A DNA stretch of 51,810 bases, taken from assembly GCA_021734995.1 (NCBI GenBank), contig JAIPHX010000006.1, forward strand, positions 1 through 51,810, written 5' to 3'. The position numbers were made by a program, and so were the translations under genes. The DNA comes from Minisyncoccota bacterium. Its GTDB lineage: Bacteria > Patescibacteriota > Minisyncoccia > Phycocordibacterales > UBA9973. Under the pieces are notes generated by a model, which was given only the letters and a program-made list of their open reading frames with translations, had not been told where the DNA came from and did no database searches. Positions 47,371-51,810 of this stretch are shown piece after piece (the first letter of the stretch is position 1; each line of letters begins with the position of its first letter).

Positions 47371-47412
47371 AAAAAAATAACCCCCTAAGCATGTCAGCTT
47401 GCTTGAGGGGGT
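47371..47412. terminator. Terminator between convergent ACT gene and rmuC
   Basis: accccct-aagca..tgctt-g-agggggt hairpin with a T-tract on the minus strand. Confidence 0.7.
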
Positions 47413-47456
47413 GTAAGGAGAGAATGATACCTGACTTATGTTTTATCTACCATTTG

Positions 47457-48509
47457 TCAATCCTCGCTCCTCGGCTTATCTATCATTATACTAGAAAGCT
47501 CTGGGGACACTCCTCCGATCTTTAGCACATCTTTGTCTATTTTTTTGAGTTCTTTGCCTGATAGATTGTATTGATTGACCACCGTAGAGAGAGAGTTGCC
47601 AAGCTTCTCATGGTATTCATCATAAGATTTCAAATGCTTTCCTAGATCTCCGACTTTTTTAATGATGTCTTTGGCGGATTCTTCTATTTGTAAAGCTCTT
47701 AGTCCTTGCAAGACTGTCTGTAGATATGCCAAAAAAGAAGTAGGGGAGGTGATGATTACTTTGTATTTTCCAGAAGATCTTTCTATCAGACTTTCTTTGT
47801 TTTCTTCTGCTCCACCGATTTTGTTTATCAAAAGATCATAGTATATAGCTTCGTGGGGGATAAACATAAAGGCAAAGTCTGTAGTGCCATTTTCTGGCTG
47901 AATATATTTTGAAGTTTCTACAATCCTATTTTTTAAATCATTTACAAAGATTACTTCTAGCTTCTTTTTTTCATTTGGGTCTTTTTCTTCTACTATGCGA
48001 TTGTAATTTTCTAAAGAAAATTTTGAATCTATGGGGATGATTTTATCTTTTACAAAGACCACTGCATCCACAATACTTCCATCAGGAAAAGTGTATTGCA
48101 TTTGGTAGCTTCCTGTAGGTAAGACGTTTTTTAGAACAGTCTCAAGATAGTATTCTCCAAGGATTCCTCTTTGCTTTGGATTTTTTAAGATGTCTTGCAA
48201 GCTTTGAAGCTGGTCAGCAAAAGAAATGACTTGTTTGTTGGTCTCATCTAGGCGAGTCAGTCTTTCTGTAATATTTCGTATAATTTCATTTGATTGAGAT
48301 GAATGGAATTTTATGTTTTCATTCATCTGCTTTGTGGTTTCTCCTATTTTTGAATCTACAGATCTAGACATCTCATTTAGTTGTTGCAAGATGAGTTGTA
48401 GTCCTGTATCTTTTTCTGGGTTTTCTTCTTTTTTATTTTTAAAGATAAAATAACTAACGACACCTCCCACTAGTATTGCTATAAATATAGTTAAGATATT
48501 GTTTTCCAT
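47457..48509 (-). CDS. rmuC: DNA recombination protein RmuC
   Basis: N-terminal TM, coiled coil, KQRGILGE, VDAVV..PIDSKF, TDFAFMFIP.E and TSPTS. Confidence 0.95.
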   Translation of the reverse strand: MENNILTIFIAILVGGVVSYFIFKNKKEENPEKDTGLQLILQQLNEMSRSVDSKIGETTKQMNENIKFHSSQSNEIIRNITERLTRLDETNKQVISFADQLQSLQDILKNPKQRGILGEYYLETVLKNVLPTGSYQMQYTFPDGSIVDAVVFVKDKIIPIDSKFSLENYNRIVEEKDPNEKKKLEVIFVNDLKNRIVETSKYIQPENGTTDFAFMFIPHEAIYYDLLINKIGGAEENKESLIERSSGKYKVIITSPTSFLAYLQTVLQGLRALQIEESAKDIIKKVGDLGKHLKSYDEYHEKLGNSLSTVVNQYNLSGKELKKIDKDVLKIGGVSPELSSIMIDKPRSED

Positions 48510-48524
48510 TTTTAGATTATAACA

Positions 48525-49244
48525 TTATTTTTTTAAGACAGTCTTTAGGGTGTATATCCAGTCTTCGTCTAGCTGTCCATTCTTTTCTTTTTGAGCCAGA
48601 AGCCACTCCAAGTATGCTTGGTCTTTTTGTGCGATTTCTTCCAAAGGCATATCTTTATACTTTCCAAAAGGTAGAGTTTTAAACAAGAAAGGTACAGAAG
48701 ATATTTCAATCATTTTTTGGATTGCTGTGTTTTCGTCTGTGTTTTCTTCTGTCATTATTTTCTTCTTCAATCTTTCAAAAAGTTTTTCTAGGACCAATAC
48801 ATCTCCCAAAGCATCATGCGCTGTCGCTTCTATTTCTATTCCTAGAGCGTAACGCAAGTATTGTAGATTGTATTTTTGAAGTTTTTGTTCAGGGTCTAGT
48901 TTTTTGGCAACTCGTAGAGTGCAGATAAATTGGGAAGGGACAATATTTTCTTTTTTAATCATAAACAAATCAAACATTGCATTATGAGCGACAGGAATTG
49001 AATTTTCATTTTCAAATAGATTTTTAATAGTTTCAAAATCCTTGCTTTCTTGAAAAATTGGCTTGTCTTTGATCATATCGTTTGAAATATGATGTACCGC
49101 CGATGCTTCTGGAGGGATCGTTTTGGGTGGTTTATACATTTCAGAAAAAGAAGTGTCCTCTGTCTTATACGCGATTTGGCATAGGAAATCTTCCTCTGTG
49201 TTTCCTGTGGTCTCGGTATCAAAGAAAATAATTTGTTTACTCAT
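48525..49244 (-). CDS. DEDDh 3'-5' exonuclease (ExoX/DnaQ-like) with C-terminal PFGKY domain
   Basis: FFDTETTG, VAHNAMFD, AHDALGDV and LPFGKYK. Confidence 0.9.
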   Translation of the reverse strand: MSKQIIFFDTETTGNTEEDFLCQIAYKTEDTSFSEMYKPPKTIPPEASAVHHISNDMIKDKPIFQESKDFETIKNLFENENSIPVAHNAMFDLFMIKKENIVPSQFICTLRVAKKLDPEQKLQKYNLQYLRYALGIEIEATAHDALGDVLVLEKLFERLKKKIMTEENTDENTAIQKMIEISSVPFLFKTLPFGKYKDMPLEEIAQKDQAYLEWLLAQKEKNGQLDEDWIYTLKTVLKK

Positions 49245-49307
49245 TTGAGTATTTTAACACAAAAATGATATACTGTGTTAAGTTTAATTTTTAATTTAAA
49301 TTATTTT

Positions 49308-51810
49308 ATGTATAAAAAAGCAATTATTTACTTTTTAACTTTTGTTTTTTTCTTTGTTTCCTTTGGGCAGGTTAATGGGAATCCTTTAGATACATCAAAT
49401 GATTCTTTTCTTATGACGAATGGTACGATTACTTCTATCGTAGAGGATTCTGAAAATGATATTGCGTATATTGGTGGGGATTTTACTTATGTTGGTACTT
49501 ACACTGAGGGTCTACTTAATGTGAGTACTGATGGTACTGTTAATAAATCTTTTCCAAAAACAAATGGCATTGTGCGCGTTATCATTTCTGATGGTGATGA
49601 TGGATGGTATATTGGTGGAGATTTTACTCAAGTAAATGGAATAACCAGAAATAGAATTGCTCACATATTATCTGATTATAGTGTTGATCCAGATTGGAAT
49701 GCTAATGTGGGTGGTGTTGTATATGATTTATTGATTCACGGTTCCTATCTTTATATAGCAGGTGATTATGGATCTGTTGGGGGAAGTTCTAGGACAGGTA
49801 TTGCCGCTGTTTCTTTGACTGATGGTTCTCTTAATAGTTCATGGGATAAAAGTGTCGCTGGTTTTATTGGTTCACCTTATGTTGATAGCATGGCTTTAGA
49901 TGGAGATATTTTATATATAGGTGGTACATTTATGGAAGTAGGAGATACATCTAGAAACAATCTTGCTTCTATTGATTTAACTACTGGGAATGTAACTAGC
50001 TGGAATCCAAATGTGGGTCTTTTTTCTATATCTGATTTACTGGTTAATGATTCTATTTTGTACATAGGTGGAGACTTTACTTCAGTTAGTGGTCAAACTC
50101 GAAACAGAATTGCCTCATTTGATTTAGGTACGGGTAATTTAACAGATTGGGATCCAAATGCTAATAACGATGTCAGTACTTTAGTAATAAATGGAAGTAG
50201 TATATATGTAGGTGGATATTTCACTACTATTGGTGGCCAATCAAGAAACAGAATTGCCTCATTTGATTTAGGTACGGGTAATTTAACTGAATGGGACCCG
50301 GACGCAGATGGTATTGTTAGAACTTTAGCAATAAATGGAAGTAGTATATATGTAGGGGGCTCATTTACTACGATTGGTGGTCAGTCAAGAAATTACATTG
50401 CAGAACTTAGTTTAAGTACGGGTCTTGCAGATAATTTTGAATTAACTTTAGACGATACTGTTTATAGTATTTATTTAGATAATAACAATATTATTATTGG
50501 TGGATTTTTTAATTTCATTAATGGAGGAACAAGAAATAGAATTGCAGCTATTAATATAAGTGACGGGACATTAACAGACTGGAATCCAAATGCTAATAAT
50601 TCAGTGCATATATTATTATTAAATAATGACACCCTGTATGTAGGTGGAAATTTTACTACAATTGGTGGTCAAACTAGAAACAGAATTGCAAGATTAAGCA
50701 CAAGTACAGGACTAGCTACAGATTGGAATCCAAATTCTGATAACATCGTTAGAACTTTAGCAATAAATGGAAGTAGTATATACGCAGGAGGAGATTTTAC
50801 TTCCATTGGTGGTCAAACAAGGAACAGAATTGCAAACTTAAGTACAAGTACAGGACTAGCTACAGATTGGAATCCAAATGCAAATGGAGCAGTGTATTCT
50901 TTAGTTGTGGATGGAAGCAGTATCTATGCAGGAGGTTTGTTTACTACTATCAGTGGTCAAACTAGAAACAGAATTGCAGAGTTAAATTTAAGTGATGCCA
51001 CAGTTACAGCTTGGGATCCAAATGCAAATGGACAAGTGGCGACTTTGGCAATCAATGGAAGTAATATATACGCAGGAGGTGCATTTACTAACATCGGTGG
51101 TCAAACTAGAAACAGAATTGCAGGACTTAGTATGGCAGATGGTACAGCTACAGCTTGGAATCCGAATGCAAATGGGACATTGCACTCACTATCAGTTTAC
51201 GGAGATTACATATATGCAGGTGGAGAGTTTACTACAATCGGTGGTCAAACAAGAAACAGAATTGCAGGATTAAAGTTGAGTGATGGTACAGCTACAGATT
51301 GGAATCCGAATTTAAATAGTACTGCAAGAGTAGTATTAGTAGGTGAAGACAATATTTACTTTGGTGGAGACTTTTCTACGGTAGGAGGAGATGTATCGTA
51401 CCCCTACCTCGCCTCCTTCCCCCTCCAAAAAATCTCCTTCCCATCTTCCATCACCACAGTAAGTGAAAGCACTGCTTCAGTAACCCCTACACTTACATTA
51501 ACCCAATCAAACACCAGAACCGTTACACTAAACATAGCCCTCTCTGGTACAGCAGTAGAAAACACAGACTACACCATAGCTGATACCACTCTAGAACTAA
51601 CAACAGGAGTAAATTCAATAGATATCCCAATTACTATCATCAATAACGACATAGACGACACAAATAAAACCATCATCCTCACCTTAGAAGATCCAATCAA
51701 CACAGATCTTGGAACATATAGTACATATACCATTACCATTACAGATGACGATACAGCAGGCTACACCAAATCAAAATCATCTCTTGAAATCAATAGAGGA
51801 TATAGAGCAT
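49308..51810 (+). CDS. Large secreted beta-propeller repeat protein with Calx-beta-like domain; runs off the window (absent from ORF track)
   Basis: Translated by hand: the frame is open from ATG 49308 to the end. It has a signal-like N-terminus, about 12-14 repeats of about 48 aa (YxGGxFTxIGGQTRNRIAxLxxxxGxxTxWNPNAN), then TVSES..GTA...DY..TITITDDD. Confidence 0.9.
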   Translation, partial: MYKKAIIYFLTFVFFFVSFGQVNGNPLDTSNDSFLMTNGTITSIVEDSENDIAYIGGDFTYVGTYTEGLLNVSTDGTVNKSFPKTNGIVRVIISDGDDGWYIGGDFTQVNGITRNRIAHILSDYSVDPDWNANVGGVVYDLLIHGSYLYIAGDYGSVGGSSRTGIAAVSLTDGSLNSSWDKSVAGFIGSPYVDSMALDGDILYIGGTFMEVGDTSRNNLASIDLTTGNVTSWNPNVGLFSISDLLVNDSILYIGGDFTSVSGQTRNRIASFDLGTGNLTDWDPNANNDVSTLVINGSSIYVGGYFTTIGGQSRNRIASFDLGTGNLTEWDPDADGIVRTLAINGSSIYVGGSFTTIGGQSRNYIAELSLSTGLADNFELTLDDTVYSIYLDNNNIIIGGFFNFINGGTRNRIAAINISDGTLTDWNPNANNSVHILLLNNDTLYVGGNFTTIGGQTRNRIARLSTSTGLATDWNPNSDNIVRTLAINGSSIYAGGDFTSIGGQTRNRIANLSTSTGLATDWNPNANGAVYSLVVDGSSIYAGGLFTTISGQTRNRIAELNLSDATVTAWDPNANGQVATLAINGSNIYAGGAFTNIGGQTRNRIAGLSMADGTATAWNPNANGTLHSLSVYGDYIYAGGEFTTIGGQTRNRIAGLKLSDGTATDWNPNLNSTARVVLVGEDNIYFGGDFSTVGGDVSYPYLASFPLQKISFPSSITTVSESTASVTPTLTLTQSNTRTVTLNIALSGTAVENTDYTIADTTLELTTGVNSIDIPITIINNDIDDTNKTIILTLEDPINTDLGTYSTYTITITDDDTAGYTKSKSSLEINRGYRA
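50040..51330 (+). repeat. Intragenic 144-bp tandem repeats
   Basis: agaaacagaattgc-type motif recurs at about 50100, 50244, 50388, 50532, 50676, 50820, 50964, 51108 and 51252. Confidence 0.85.

Noticed and set aside
41-51273. Many 60-230 aa ORFs antisense to or overlapping real genes (e.g. 2235..2927, 31319..31771, 35247..35750, 43931..44458, 50992..51273)
   Set aside because: These are shadow frames of well-supported genes, with no motifs or independent signals.
50040-51330. Regularly spaced repeats as a possible CRISPR array
   Set aside because: The 144-bp period is in frame within a continuous ORF, the spacers are homologous to each other, and there are no cas genes.
1-51810. Alternative genetic code (TGA = Gly/Trp) or stop-codon recoding
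   Set aside because: Conserved genes are intact under code 11 and TGA terminates genes at expected ends (16663, 18645, 19419). The single internal TAA at 6505 is better explained as a mutation or error.
1-51810. Prophage, IS element or diversity-generating retroelement
   Set aside because: No capsid, terminase, integrase, transposase or reverse transcriptase ORF is present; the S74 domain alone is not evidence of a phage.

Overview
This is a low-GC chromosomal window from what looks like a Patescibacteria/CPR (Parcubacteria, Nomurabacteria-like) genome. That is inferred from the pilin, the S74-domain and beta-propeller surface proteins, the short ValS, the CPR-type S21 and pervasive leaderless promoters. 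Genetic code 11 is used (TGA ends genes). Core genes (valS, tsaD, gdh, trxB, ftsZ-ftsA-ybeY-rpsU, greA-lysS, mraZ-rsmH-ftsL-ftsI-murF, rmuC) alternate with four accessory islands lying 3' of tRNA genes (Phe-GAA, Glu-UUC, Val-GAC, Glu-CUC). No integrase, transposase or CRISPR array is visible. Highlights: (1) an MbtG-like lysine N6-monooxygenase fused to a SET/post-SET methyltransferase, preceded by an apparently unannotated four-segment attenuator with a leaderless Arg-Arg leader peptide; (2) a textbook Trp-Trp attenuator in front of a stand-alone trpB that is bracketed by a duplicated tRNA-Glu 3' end; (3) a tandem double-GHKL ATPase plus HExxH protein after tRNA-Val; (4) several single-gene modules bounded by direct repeats, and a GCACGAGAA motif recurring downstream of both tRNA-Glu genes; (5) a queuosine-salvage gene next to a truncated class Ic aaRS-like protein and two PQ-loop-like proteins; (6) a hidden 47-aa hydrophobic ORF with a perfect Shine-Dalgarno site; (7) a frameshifted pilin and a nonsense-interrupted ORF. 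All family assignments come from motif recognition, not from database searches.
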